A DNA stretch of 64,000 nt from Clostridiales bacterium (GTDB taxonomy: Bacteria; Bacillota; Clostridia; Christensenellales; DTU072): the NCBI GenBank assembly GCA_012800525.1, contig JAAZJD010000004.1, positions 10,728 through 74,727 on the forward strand. The letters run 5' to 3'. Shown here in pieces: positions 18,823 to 30,600 of the stretch. The position numbers and the translations under genes were made by a program. The stretch's first letter is position 1, and the number at the start of each line of letters is the position of its first letter. The notes below the pieces were generated by a model. The model saw only the letters and a list, made by a program, of their open reading frames with translations, was not told where the DNA came from and did no database searches.

Positions 18823-20358
18823 CTACTCTTTCCCAACTTTTCTAGTAAACTTGCTACCATTTGCTCTAATGTATGCTTTCTCAAGTCCATAGTAGATATC
18901 TTTATATGAGCCGAACATTTTGTTATACACAGTGAAATTTTTGGGATTTGGATAATATGTCTTGTTTATGCGTACATATTTTTCAGCCTCTTGCAATGAA
19001 TTAATTTCACCAAGTCCCTTTAATGCTATAATTGCAGCACCTAAAGCGCCCGCATTTCTTGAATTTTTTACTGTTGAGCACTCTGTTCCTGTGATATCGG
19101 ATATGATTTGCATCCAAGCATCATTTTGAGCACCCCCACCAACAACTCTAAAAGTACTGCAATCAAATTTATAATCGTTATGAAAATTTTCTAATATCCA
19201 ACGTAAATTGTATCCAATACCCTCATAGATTGAACGCATTAAATGCTCTCTTGTATGACTTTCATCAATATTAAATAAAGTTGCCCTAGTCGTAGTTGTG
19301 GATACTGGACAACGCTCTCCAAGCATCCAAGGTGTGCATATTAGCCCATTTGATCCACTTGGAATATCAGCAATTAAGCTTGACATATGATCATAAATTT
19401 TATCACCATATTCTTCTTTTTCTCTTGCGAAGAATTGTTTTAATAACCACTCAATATTACTTCCTGCAGCTTCAGTAATTCCAACAATTAAATTCATTGA
19501 AGGGTCTGCACTCTTTATTGCTGCTGCACCATTTTTAAACTTTGTTTTATCTTTTGAGGATGCACAAACCCAAGCTGATGTTCCGAGATAAATGTGTATA
19601 TCTCCATCTCTAGTCATGCCACTTCCTATACAAGCACTTTGCACATCATCGCAGCCACCGAAAACTGGAATTCCTTCCACAAGTCCCATATCTTTTGCAG
19701 CTTCTTTAGTTAAATTTCCAACATGATCTGTTGAGGCAACAATAGGTGGTAATTTATCCATTTCAATGCCTAGCATTTTAATGGCGGCTAACCATGTGTT
19801 TTTCTTAAGGTCTAAACCATAAGAAGATGCCCCTGAAAACTCTGCGACCATCTCACCTGTGCATCTAAATTTTAAATATCCATTGACATCTAGGAAATAC
19901 TTTGTTCTTCTGTATATATCTGGTCTTTCCTCTTTAATCCAAGTAATTTTAGCAACAACGTCTTTTCCCATAATTGGTGTTCCTGAAAAAAGCGAGAATA
20001 TTTTAGGTCCACCAAATTTTTTCATAATTGATTGAGCTTGTTTTTCTGCCCTACCATCTACCCAAGAAATATTGCGATATAGAGCATTACCTTTTTCATC
20101 TACAGGAATTATACCCATCGCTTGAGTTGTAAAGACAACTGCCTTTACTTCTTTAGGGTCTATTTTTGTCTTTGCAATTAAATCCCTTGAGCTTTTACAT
20201 ACACCTTGCCAATACTCTTCTGGTTCTTGTTCTGCCCAAGCAGGATAAGGATAATAAATCGGATAATCACTCTTTGAAGAAGCAATAATATTACCCTCAA
20301 AATCGACTAAAACAGCCTTGTCAGAACTAGTACCCATATCATGAGCTATAACATACAT
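18823..20358 (-). CDS. FGGY-family carbohydrate kinase (xylulokinase-like)
   Basis: The N-terminal phosphate-1 motif is YVIAHDMGTSSDKAVLVD, with FGGY-type C-terminal GGGAQNDAWMQIISD. I moved the start from 20406 to the ATG at 20356-20358, because AGGAGGG lies 5 nt upstream (GATAGGAGGGAAATTATGTAT). Confidence 0.9.
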   Translation of the reverse strand: MYVIAHDMGTSSDKAVLVDFEGNIIASSKSDYPIYYPYPAWAEQEPEEYWQGVCKSSRDLIAKTKIDPKEVKAVVFTTQAMGIIPVDEKGNALYRNISWVDGRAEKQAQSIMKKFGGPKIFSLFSGTPIMGKDVVAKITWIKEERPDIYRRTKYFLDVNGYLKFRCTGEMVAEFSGASSYGLDLKKNTWLAAIKMLGIEMDKLPPIVASTDHVGNLTKEAAKDMGLVEGIPVFGGCDDVQSACIGSGMTRDGDIHIYLGTSAWVCASSKDKTKFKNGAAAIKSADPSMNLIVGITEAAGSNIEWLLKQFFAREKEEYGDKIYDHMSSLIADIPSGSNGLICTPWMLGERCPVSTTTTRATLFNIDESHTREHLMRSIYEGIGYNLRWILENFHNDYKFDCSTFRVVGGGAQNDAWMQIISDITGTECSTVKNSRNAGALGAAIIALKGLGEINSLQEAEKYVRINKTYYPNPKNFTVYNKMFGSYKDIYYGLEKAYIRANGSKFTRKVGKE

Positions 20359-20491
20359 AATTTCCCTCCTATCCAAACAATTATATATTTTAAATTTTAC
20401 AACCACTTTTATGTGTTTTTTACTGGGTTATAAATTTCTTGTAATTTAATTTGCAATTTTAGTTCAATCAATTATTGTATGATTGTAGATT

Positions 20492-23400
20492 CTATTCAAG
20501 TGTAAAATAAAATCTTTTAGACTCAATAATCACTTTTTCATCATTTGCATTCAACTCATATAACACATAATTGCTTCCAAATTTTACATAGTATGACCCA
20601 CTGTCTACATCATTTAAATTAAGTATCTCAGTATCAGACAAATCGTATAATTTATATTCGCTTCTAGTAACTTGAGTTGCACCGTCTCTAATATTGAAAC
20701 TTCGATTATCAGTACTCCACATTATTTCTATATTTTCAGTATTAACTTCTTTTGGTTTTATTTTAAAAGTTGAAGGAGCTATTACAAAATCATAATAGCT
20801 ATTATCATTTTCAGCACCTGAGAAAGTATCAATCAATAGCAAATACTCACCTACTGCTTCACCCGCAACTCTTCCTATGTCAAAACTAATAATGTCACCC
20901 TCTAAAGGTAAATCCTGACTTAAAATACAATCTTTAAATACAGGGTCAGCAGCTCTATAAGCTTTTTGCTTTCCAACATCAGAAAGTAAAATAATAATTT
21001 TTCGTCTTTGGATTAATAATTTATGTGTTGATGTAACTAAATCATTATAGTATGCATTTTGATGAACAATAACTTTAACAGAATATTCTCCAGGAGTGAA
21101 CGGCACATTATTTGTCCAAGTATCGTCTACTAAAAATTCTAAACTATAGTTTGGCAGAGTAAATTGTTCTACCATATTAATCTTTACTTCAATTATTGGT
21201 GACACACCATAATCGACAATCAATCCAGTTACATTAAAAGTAGGATTAATCTTTCTATAAGTATACACTCCAAGTTCTGCTCGAATTTCTTCATTTTCAT
21301 TTATAAAGCCAATATATACAGTTTGCATAATTTTGTCACTTGGTATTGTAATGTTTTTATTGTATCCATAAGCCTTTATGAAAGATGAGGTAAGATCAGT
21401 AATTAATCTATATGACTCACCACCAAATTGATAATTAAGTTCGCATAGACCTCCATGCAATCTAACATTTTCCCCTTCAATAAATGCTTTGTTGTTCGGG
21501 TCTCTAAAAATGCTCATTGATTCAAGTGTGATGGCTTTACTTACTAAAATCTTAGCTGTAGTTTCTTTACCACCATAAAAGATTTTTGCTACCCTTAATA
21601 AATTGGTTTCACCAAGAGCAAAGGAAACATCAAACCATGCCTCAACATCGAAATATTGTGATTTAAGTTCTATATATTCAAAAGTCGTATCACTATAATT
21701 TACTTTTAGCTTTAGCGTTTTTAATACATCTTCCATAAGACCTGTATCAGGGTTCATCTCTTGTACAACATATCTAGTGTTGAGTATTGATTTATGTTTA
21801 ACTGGAATTACTTTTTCTCCACTATAATCAAGCAATAACCTTGAATTATCTAAAAGTTCTTCATCAAACTCTATAGAGCTAACAACCTTATTACCGACAA
21901 AAATTTTATATGTTGTAACTCTCTTTGTTGGTAGTGTAGGTTGATAGGTAACAGTAATCGTTTGTTCACCTAATTGAGTAGGATTATATCCTTCAAAGCG
22001 CCACATACTTTGATCTTGGAAACTTGTTGTACCTTTTACTATACTGATTCCACCTTCACTATTTATCCTAGAAACAACTAAACCTTCAATAGAAAATGCA
22101 TCGTTTAAGGCATAATAAGTTTTTGGCATTTGCATTATTTCTATGCCCTTTATATCTTGAGATTTAAAGTGAAGATGTAGTTGCTTGATTACACCATAAT
22201 ATCTAATTGATAGCTCGATATCTCCAGATCTCAAAACTGGCGCTTGCTCATTAAGTCCTAGAGATTTAGCTCTAGTTTGATACAAATGTTGAGCAGAAAG
22301 CTGCTCAGCAGCCTCAAAGTCAGGTTCCCCTTCTATTTTTCTCCTAGCATAGTAATTTGAAAGATCAAATAATCCAATAGAATTAAAAGTCAATTGTGTG
22401 GATGCATCAATGGGGACAAACTCAGACTCCACTATCTCGCCAATTTGAACTTCTGTAATTTTACCTGCTCCTACGACAAATTGATATTCAACCAAAAATG
22501 GAAAATCAATACTTGAATGAGTTATTTCAGCCTGTGCTGTGTATGTACCTACTTCAAATTCTGTAACTGGCAAGCTAGAAGCATCATAATATGTAATCAT
22601 GGAAGGATTGAGATAAGCTCTATTTAAATCTGCAAATCCACCTTCAACTAAGAAACTTACATATCCTCCGCTAACAACTGGTTTCCCGTCTGGCGAAGCT
22701 TCTATTTCTGAAACAGTTTGATATGTTTTTTCAGGTTCCTTAATGTATATTGTATTGTCAATTACAAGCCTTGGATATACATTTACACTTACTGTTGCAC
22801 TTATTTCACCAATGCTATAAGCAATATTTTTAACAGTTGCTTCACCTTCAGGAAGCCCTAGATCTATTTGTAGCAACAAGGATGATTCAACACTTAAACC
22901 TTCTCCAACTCTAGTCCAATTTGCATGCTGTTCTTCGATAGGAACCCCTTGAACATTTGGATGTTTGTATAAACCATTGTTATACAACACATTATATCTT
23001 AATAAACTATCATCAAACCTTTGTCCGTTATAATACTTTTTGTCTAAAACATTTATTGTTCCGCCCAAACCATCATCTACACTTAGACCTACGATATTTA
23101 ATTCGACAGGAAGTTTTGCTACTACATGAATATCAAACTCTAATATCTGAGTTGAGTTTCTATATCTGACATATAATTTTTCATCACTTTGTTTAAAGCG
23201 ATATGTTGCTTTGTCAATAGCTACATTAGTTGCCTCATTTTGATCTAGAGAAACATAAAGCGAAACAAGATGGCTATCTAATGAAACAAGTTCTTCGTTG
23301 CCATCATCATATGTCACCCTAATTTGACCGGTAGAAGCATCAATTCTTACTCCCTCTGGAATTGATGCTGAAAATGGATATATAACATCATTTTCACCAT

Positions 23401-24343
23401 TCAAGTTAACAGGCTGAGATTTGATTGCTTGAAAATCAACCATTTCAACATTTACAATCCTAGCATTAAACACCCTACAATATATCTTGTAGCTCTTCCC
23501 TTTATATTTAACAATCACAGGATAATTCGCATCTGCCTTCTTGAAAAAAGTATCTTCAGAAACAATAGAAGTATAAGAAAAAGAAAAACCTTCTGGCAAA
23601 TCATCATATCTAATGACCTCTGAAGTTTTATTATTGTATTCAACAAAAAGTTCTAAGCCACTTGGATCGTAAGTGTCACCAACTATATAATCCTTCTTAT
23701 TTTGCATTTGATTTGGTGCAACTGAAATTCTCTCTATACTCTTTGATAAAATATTTATTTCTAGAGGAATTTTTTTGTTGTAATAAGTAACATATATGGT
23801 ATGTGTACCTGGCTCTAAACGATTATTATATCCTTCAATGTTTGCTTCCCTTAAGCCCTCGACTGTTGCAAACTCGCTATCATCTTCGTATCTAACTCTT
23901 AATTTTAATCCAGTTAAATTAAGCTCGTCTTCTTGACCTTCAACCGCAACAAACGGAACTGGAACTGAAAGCACTTCTATTTCAGCAATAACGGGTTTAA
24001 CATATTCAACTAAAAATTTAGTCTTAACGCCTTCGTAAGTAATATAGATTTCAACAACACCCTCATTTTCTCTTGAATAATCTGATATCATATCAGGCGT
24101 AACTTGTATGTTTTTTTCTATTGCCCCAGATCTTCTAATTGCTGTAAGTTTAATGTTTTCTAAATTGACAGCTTTTCCAAGATTTACCTTATAACTTTCA
24201 AAGTCTTGAACATATAGCTCTTCAACTGTATCTAAGCCACCATCAAGACCACAAGAAGACAAAGTCAATGCAAGCAAAACGACTGTTAATGCTAACATCA
24301 AGGAAATTAAAATTATTGATTTTTTATTCTTTCTCTTCATCAT
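20492..24343 (-). CDS. surface lipoprotein (1283 aa) with Ig-like repeats and a C-terminal MBG-like module
   Basis: Signal peptide plus lipobox (LLALTLSSC-GLDG). Repeats are of the same Ig-like type as the 4073-aa protein (e.g. ...GVVEIYITYEGVKTKFLVEYV). The C-terminal KQKAYRAADPVF...GRVAGEAVGEYLL is MBG-like. Confidence 0.8.
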   Translation of the reverse strand: MMKRKNKKSIILISLMLALTVVLLALTLSSCGLDGGLDTVEELYVQDFESYKVNLGKAVNLENIKLTAIRRSGAIEKNIQVTPDMISDYSRENEGVVEIYITYEGVKTKFLVEYVKPVIAEIEVLSVPVPFVAVEGQEDELNLTGLKLRVRYEDDSEFATVEGLREANIEGYNNRLEPGTHTIYVTYYNKKIPLEINILSKSIERISVAPNQMQNKKDYIVGDTYDPSGLELFVEYNNKTSEVIRYDDLPEGFSFSYTSIVSEDTFFKKADANYPVIVKYKGKSYKIYCRVFNARIVNVEMVDFQAIKSQPVNLNGENDVIYPFSASIPEGVRIDASTGQIRVTYDDGNEELVSLDSHLVSLYVSLDQNEATNVAIDKATYRFKQSDEKLYVRYRNSTQILEFDIHVVAKLPVELNIVGLSVDDGLGGTINVLDKKYYNGQRFDDSLLRYNVLYNNGLYKHPNVQGVPIEEQHANWTRVGEGLSVESSLLLQIDLGLPEGEATVKNIAYSIGEISATVSVNVYPRLVIDNTIYIKEPEKTYQTVSEIEASPDGKPVVSGGYVSFLVEGGFADLNRAYLNPSMITYYDASSLPVTEFEVGTYTAQAEITHSSIDFPFLVEYQFVVGAGKITEVQIGEIVESEFVPIDASTQLTFNSIGLFDLSNYYARRKIEGEPDFEAAEQLSAQHLYQTRAKSLGLNEQAPVLRSGDIELSIRYYGVIKQLHLHFKSQDIKGIEIMQMPKTYYALNDAFSIEGLVVSRINSEGGISIVKGTTSFQDQSMWRFEGYNPTQLGEQTITVTYQPTLPTKRVTTYKIFVGNKVVSSIEFDEELLDNSRLLLDYSGEKVIPVKHKSILNTRYVVQEMNPDTGLMEDVLKTLKLKVNYSDTTFEYIELKSQYFDVEAWFDVSFALGETNLLRVAKIFYGGKETTAKILVSKAITLESMSIFRDPNNKAFIEGENVRLHGGLCELNYQFGGESYRLITDLTSSFIKAYGYNKNITIPSDKIMQTVYIGFINENEEIRAELGVYTYRKINPTFNVTGLIVDYGVSPIIEVKINMVEQFTLPNYSLEFLVDDTWTNNVPFTPGEYSVKVIVHQNAYYNDLVTSTHKLLIQRRKIIILLSDVGKQKAYRAADPVFKDCILSQDLPLEGDIISFDIGRVAGEAVGEYLLLIDTFSGAENDNSYYDFVIAPSTFKIKPKEVNTENIEIMWSTDNRSFNIRDGATQVTRSEYKLYDLSDTEILNLNDVDSGSYYVKFGSNYVLYELNANDEKVIIESKRFYFTLE

Positions 24344-24487
24344 TTTAATAATATAATTGTATAATAGCTTTTAATTGATAAGCAAACGTTACTCTTTTTA
24401 TTCAAACACTATTACATAAGTTTTATCCTTTTATTTGCTTTATATTCACATGCACTTGATTATAATCTTCCTTTAATCCTTATAGAT

Positions 24488-26095
24488 TTATTTATCATGC
24501 ATTTGTTTCCTTCTAAATTCTTGAGCTTTCTTATACTCAAAATGAGCATCTTTTTTAGTAAATATTAATGGCGCAAAAATTGATTTTAATTTACAACTAT
24601 CAACTAATTCTAAAGGACAATGTATTTTACCCATGGCTTTTAATGTTGGCAAAAAGTCCTTAAGCCTTTCATTAAACTCAGTATAATTTCTACTCTCTTT
24701 TGGAGTCCAAGCAACTTCACTAAATGCAAAAAGTCTTGGATACAACTGAAACTGCATTCTTTCTCCACTAAATATCCATTCCGTCCATAGCGCACATTCA
24801 AGCCCTAGCGTTCCTGGATAATCCTTCAATCCATATTTTTCATGGGTATAATTATATGTTGTTTGAAGATTGTTTTGAAGATAAGGCATATCAAAGTAAA
24901 AAGCCTGATGTTTACTTATGATGGCCTCTCTTCCTGCTTCTAGATGCTCTATTACTCTTTTGTCTTTTTGGTATGTCCAATACTGAGCAATAATGGAATT
25001 ATCTAATTTTTTAGATTTTAGAATTTCATTCCAACCAATTAGTTTTTTGTTTTTACGTTTTAAATAAACCGCTAACTTATTATTTACATAACCTTGTAGT
25101 TCTTCTTCATCTGAAAGATTTTCTTTTTTTATAACATCTTGACAAAGTGGACACTTTTTCCACTCATCTTTTGGTGCTTCATCTCCACCGATATGAAAAT
25201 ATGGTGCAGGGAACAGCTCAGAAAGCTCATCAATTACATCATACATAAATTGATATGTACTTTCTTTGCCTGCACAAGCAATAATTTTTGCAAACTCAAA
25301 ATGTTTTGGTGATACCTCAATTTGTTTTCCAGTACAACTCAATTCGGGATATGATGCTATCGCTGCTACAAAATGAGCAGGAAAATCGATTTCAGGAACT
25401 ATCATTATATTCCTATCTTTTGCATATTTGACAATATCTTTTATTTCATCTTGAGTATAAAAGCCTTCGTGTGGAGTATTATCAATTTCATTTGGTTTTC
25501 CCCAAGCTACGTTTTGAGTTCCTCGTCTATAAGGTCCTATCTCAGTTAAATTTGGATATTTTTTTATCTCTATTCTCCAGCCAACATTGTCAGTTAAATG
25601 CCAATGAAAGACATTTAATTTAAACATAGCCATCATATCTAAAAGATCTTTTACAACAGTAGGCCCAAAAAACCAGCGGCTTTCATCTAACATGAATCCT
25701 CTCCATTTATTCACTGGTAAATCTTTTATATATACTGCATGCATACTAAGTTTTGTTGCATCATTTAATATATCAATTTTTGTAAGTTGCCTAATAGACT
25801 GAACTGCATAAAACGCGCCCGCGCTTGTTGCATGCTTAATAACCAAAACATCAGTATCACAATCTATAATGTATTCTTCCTCATCTAAATTAATGTCATG
25901 AATAAATTTTAATTTAGCACTTTTTTCATTATCAACAACTTCCAGTTTAAAATTACAATGCTTGGCAAGCAATTCATTAAATATTTCAATAGCAAACATT
26001 GCTTTTTCATTTGCATAAATCTTGGTATCTTTATCTATGAAAAATTCACCATATCTTGTTTCAAACTTTGCTGGTTTTGGTATTAATTTTATCAT
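24488..26095 (-). CDS. beta-N-acetylhexosaminidase (GH20), no signal peptide
   Basis: 535 aa. Motifs FHWHLTDNVGWRIEIKKYPNLTE and the catalytic FHIGGDE (Asp-Glu pair) are typical of GH20. Confidence 0.92.
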   Translation of the reverse strand: MIKLIPKPAKFETRYGEFFIDKDTKIYANEKAMFAIEIFNELLAKHCNFKLEVVDNEKSAKLKFIHDINLDEEEYIIDCDTDVLVIKHATSAGAFYAVQSIRQLTKIDILNDATKLSMHAVYIKDLPVNKWRGFMLDESRWFFGPTVVKDLLDMMAMFKLNVFHWHLTDNVGWRIEIKKYPNLTEIGPYRRGTQNVAWGKPNEIDNTPHEGFYTQDEIKDIVKYAKDRNIMIVPEIDFPAHFVAAIASYPELSCTGKQIEVSPKHFEFAKIIACAGKESTYQFMYDVIDELSELFPAPYFHIGGDEAPKDEWKKCPLCQDVIKKENLSDEEELQGYVNNKLAVYLKRKNKKLIGWNEILKSKKLDNSIIAQYWTYQKDKRVIEHLEAGREAIISKHQAFYFDMPYLQNNLQTTYNYTHEKYGLKDYPGTLGLECALWTEWIFSGERMQFQLYPRLFAFSEVAWTPKESRNYTEFNERLKDFLPTLKAMGKIHCPLELVDSCKLKSIFAPLIFTKKDAHFEYKKAQEFRRKQMHDK

Positions 26096-26307
26096 CTCTA
26101 TTCCTCTTATATTGTTTTAAGCTTTATTAACTTTCGCGTCTAATTTATCCTTTATAGTTTTTCATATTTTATTAGCTTTCATATTGCTTGTATCACATTA
26201 TTTAATATCTTTTAACTTTTATAGTTTTCATATTAATTTTTCGCATCTAACTACTCAATTTTACTATTTAACCCTTTATTTTATTGTCTTCAATCTCAAT
26301 TTTATCC

Positions 26308-27675
26308 TTATTTTCTTTTATCCATTTCGACATAATCATGTCTACTCGAAACTGCTTTGTATGCAGGTCTTATTATCTTTCCTGCATTTGATAATTCTTC
26401 TATTCTATGAGCCGACCAACCAGAAATACGTGATATCGCAAATACTGGTGTATAAAGCTCTATTGGCAAACCAAGCAATTTATAAATAAACCCTGAATAG
26501 AAGTCTATATTTGCACAAACTCCCTTGTATATATTACGTTTTTCAGCAATAACTTGTGGCGCTAAATTTTCTACTAATTTATATAATTCATATTCTTCTT
26601 CATGATCTTTTTCAATAGCTAGAGGTTTTACAAAACCTTTCAGTATTCTTGCCCTTGGATCATTTTTAGAATAAATTGCATGACCCATTCCATATATCAA
26701 TCCTTTTTTATCAAAGGCTTTTTTATCTAAAACTTTTGCTAAATAATCCCTAACTTCGCCCTCTGTTCTATTAGGAGCATGTTTTGCAAGATCTTCCATC
26801 ATTTTTACAACTTGAGCATTAGCACCACCATGACGTGGTCCTTTCAAAGATCCAAGAGATGCTGCCATTGCTGAATATGTATCTGTTCCAGAGCTTGTAA
26901 CTAGATGAGTTGCAAAAGTTGAGTTATTTCCACCACCATGCTCTGCATGTAAAACTAAACATAAATCAAGTAACTTTGCTTCAATTTCACTATAGTTACT
27001 ATCTTTTCGCAATAAATGCAAGATATTTTCTGCAGTGCTTTTATTAGCATCTGGCTTATGTATAACTAAAGTGCCATCATCAAAGTAGTGTTTATAAACT
27101 TGATAACCATATACTGATAGTAACGGAAATCTAGATATTAATTTTAATTGTTGTTGTAATACATTTGATATAGAGATATCATCAGGATTTGGGTCATAAG
27201 CATACAGTGTTAGCACACTTCTAGCTAATACATTCATCATATCCACAGATGGTCTTTTCATTATTACATCTCTAACAAAACTAAGTGGCAATTCTCTAAA
27301 TTCGCCTAGAATTTGATTGAACTCCTCAAGTTCTCTTTTAGATGGAAGTCTTCCAAACAAAAGTAAATATGTAGTTTCTTCAAATCCGAATCTATCTTCT
27401 TTTACAAAACCTGAAACGATATCAAAAATAGAATATCCACGATAATATAGCTCACCATCTGCTAGTATTTCTTTACCATTTTCATCAATGTCTTTTGCTT
27501 TGATTTCAGATATTTCTGTCAACCCTACTAAAACTCCTTTTCCAGAAAGGTCTCTAAGTCCACGCTTACAATCATGCTTATCATATAGCGACGAATCAAT
27601 TATCGTGCTTTTTTCAGCTATTTTTGCAAGTTCCTTTATTTTATTATTTAAATTTGCATTTATTTTACTATCCAA
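26308..27675 (-). CDS. citrate synthase
   Basis: 455 aa. Motifs LHAEHGGGNNSTF and LKGPRHGGAN, plus a C-terminal RISGWSAH region, are characteristic of citrate synthases. Confidence 0.92.
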   Translation of the reverse strand: MDSKINANLNNKIKELAKIAEKSTIIDSSLYDKHDCKRGLRDLSGKGVLVGLTEISEIKAKDIDENGKEILADGELYYRGYSIFDIVSGFVKEDRFGFEETTYLLLFGRLPSKRELEEFNQILGEFRELPLSFVRDVIMKRPSVDMMNVLARSVLTLYAYDPNPDDISISNVLQQQLKLISRFPLLSVYGYQVYKHYFDDGTLVIHKPDANKSTAENILHLLRKDSNYSEIEAKLLDLCLVLHAEHGGGNNSTFATHLVTSSGTDTYSAMAASLGSLKGPRHGGANAQVVKMMEDLAKHAPNRTEGEVRDYLAKVLDKKAFDKKGLIYGMGHAIYSKNDPRARILKGFVKPLAIEKDHEEEYELYKLVENLAPQVIAEKRNIYKGVCANIDFYSGFIYKLLGLPIELYTPVFAISRISGWSAHRIEELSNAGKIIRPAYKAVSSRHDYVEMDKRK

Positions 27676-27693
27676 TTTTCCCTCCGTGATTTA

Positions 27694-30600
27694 CTATTTT
27701 TCATGCACTTGTTTAAATTTAACATATTTTGCTTCTTTCTTCTTTTTCATAACATTTTTAATAACAACAAACAGTACGACTATTAATATAAGTCCCGCAA
27801 CACCAATTCCAGCATACATAACATATGGTGGTTTTTCAGATACAAAAACTATATATTCAATATCCTCTCCGTCTAGTGTTATAAAACCATCTTCAACTGT
27901 AACATTAGCATACGTAACATTATTATTTACATCAACTACCATTACCATAATATTTGTCTCATTCGCATAAAGCTCTGGTACTTCAAATACTATTTTATCT
28001 GCACCTACTCCAGTTTGAACTTCTTCACCCTTTGCTCCTCTTACTTGTAAAATAAGCTCTGCTTTTTTATTTGCAAACTCAGCTTTGGTTTTAGATAATA
28101 ACTTGATTTGTGCTTGAGTTTGTGAAAGTCTATATGCATCTGTAGTCTCATCTAATGTAACTTCAATGGTTGGGTCATATTCTCCATAAAATGTCGCTTT
28201 GACACCTTTATCAACAGAGGCTATTTCATGTTTTTTAACTATTATATTGCCTTCAACATATTCAAACGAATAATTTGTTGACACTCCACCTGAAGGAGCA
28301 ATCGAATAGACTCCAGCCTCACTTGGTAATGCACATGAAGGAGCAGTTTGTAGCATAGTAACTCCTTCTTCTCCAACAAAACCATTAAATACTAGCGTTG
28401 CCTTTGTTGGAACATTGTTATCTTTATATGTCATGTCTTGTAATTTTACTTCTAATTTAGCCTTAGCTATATTAAATGTATTAATTTTTTGTAAGCTACC
28501 TCCAGTAAAATTATAATTATGCCCTTTAAATTTTACTGTGATTGTATAATTACCCGCATTTTTTATTTCAGCTGGCGCTAAAATTTCTATTTCATTAATG
28601 GAAATTGCCTCATCAGATATTTTTTCTTTCAACTCTAAAGAAGTTACATCTGCTAGGCTATAAGCACTTCCCTTATATTTTAGATTAGGAACATTTGTAA
28701 ATATTGCAAGCGCTTCTCTTTTTATTGGATTTATTGTTACATCAAAGCTAGAAATCACCTCATAATTTTGTAAAGCAACTAATTCACCTTCATCTATTGT
28801 AAATTCCATACTTCTAATAAGTGTTTGTGATGCTTTAAAATCGAGCATTTTGAATTCTGAAGATAAAGAAGCATCAGACCATTTAACTTGTCCTTGTACC
28901 GAGATTTCTTCCCACACTCCATTGTTGTAATTTCTCACATAAAAATCTGCAATCTTGTCATCTTCCCCTACATTATATGGAGTTAATTCTTCAAGTACAG
29001 GCTTATTTATTGTTTTTAAATTTTTAACAATTACATTTGCTTTTCTAATAAACAATTTCCCTTCCTGTGTGGGTTTAAATACAATTTCATAATTAGTATT
29101 TGTTAAAGAAGGATTGCTTGGCAAATAATAAGCATAGCCCTCTACTCTAACTGATTCTCCTGGTACTCTTGCAAATTGATAATTAAGACCAATATCACCA
29201 ACTGTATCTTGATACTTTAAACCAGATATAATAATTTGTGGTGTAGGGTCTGCCTCCCCATATCGTTTTTCCATTCCAGCAAATGAAAACTCTAAAACAG
29301 CTTTTTTGATTATATATTTGTAACCTTGCGTATTAACAGTAATATTAAGATATGGATTCTCTTCTGCTAAGTTTCCATTTTCTATATCATAAGTTCCAGC
29401 TGCTATTCCTTCTTGTCTTGAAAGTTGTCCATTAATCTCTAAATCAGCATCATCTTCATGCTTAGAGTATGGAATTACTACATCTACACCGTAGGTAGTT
29501 TCAATATCTTCTAGAATAGTAAGAGTAACATTTCTCTTTGCAATAGTGAGATTTGCAAAAATTGCCACATTTTCAAACTCTACGACATTTGATATAGCAT
29601 TATTTGCAAAGACTCTTAATTTGTATTCTCCAATAACATATTTTTGATTTGGATTTAGTGTTGTAAACATATTTTCACTTGCTTTTGAAATGCTAATAGA
29701 TGGAGCTACAAATCCACTTGGCAAGTCTTCTAAATTGTTTACTAAAAATTGAGGTGTAATTGATTTTCCGTAAAAGACCTCTAAATCGCTTATGCTTAAT
29801 GTTGCAATCGACTTAGAAACAACTAATAAAAATGGTGTTGAATAAACTGGGTGATAATTATCATTACCTACTCTTTCTGCTATAACCACAAAAGTTCCAA
29901 CATTAGTTACAACTAATTCGTTATTTTCTAAAATTTCACCTTCCGCATTGTTTCTAGAATCGTGAATATCTATTGAATATATATAGTTCCCAACTTCCCC
30001 ACCAGTAGCAGTAAACAAATAATTTGCAGTGCTACTATATGAATATTCTGTTGCAGAAGTAATATTAATTTGACTTTGGTGGGCCTTATTAACAACTACT
30101 TCTTTACTTGTGCTTGAAGCAACAACTAAAAACTTGTGTGCTGTACTTTCTGCATCTAGTGTATAAGTATCCGCATCTACAAAATCAATTGCATTGATTA
30201 AGTATGTTCCAGCATTCAATACATCACTAACTGTCCCACCATTAAAACTTATCTCATATGAAACTATCTTTGTTTCCCCCAAAGACACAACTTGATTGTT
30301 AAAGTTTGTATATTGTGGAATCAATTTCAGTGTGATTTCCTTACTTAAGCCATCATAAACTAGATTTTCAACATTAAAATATTCAATCGAAATTTGTCTT
30401 TTTGCTATAGTCGTTAAAACATTATCAGCAGGCAAATATGCTGTATTTTCTAAGTTTTCAGTAAATCCTATTTCAAAATAATTTGATGAGCTAGCTTCTT
30501 TAAAACTTACCTCCACCTTAAATGTTCCTGGCAACGAATCAAGCATGCCTGCTTCCCCACCAATTCTAGTATATGTAAAATTAAAATCACTTCTTTTAAT

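Noticed and set aside
27488-27970. 160-aa plus-strand ORF spanning the citrate synthase / GLUG gene junction
   Set aside because: It is antisense to two well-supported genes, its sequence is low-complexity (S/F/I/T-rich), and it has no RBS. It is a shadow ORF. The same reasoning applies to 1019-1306, 17915-18211, 37164-37478, 45607-45963, 48256-48594, 50440-50853, 54366-54656 and the other short antisense ORFs in the track.
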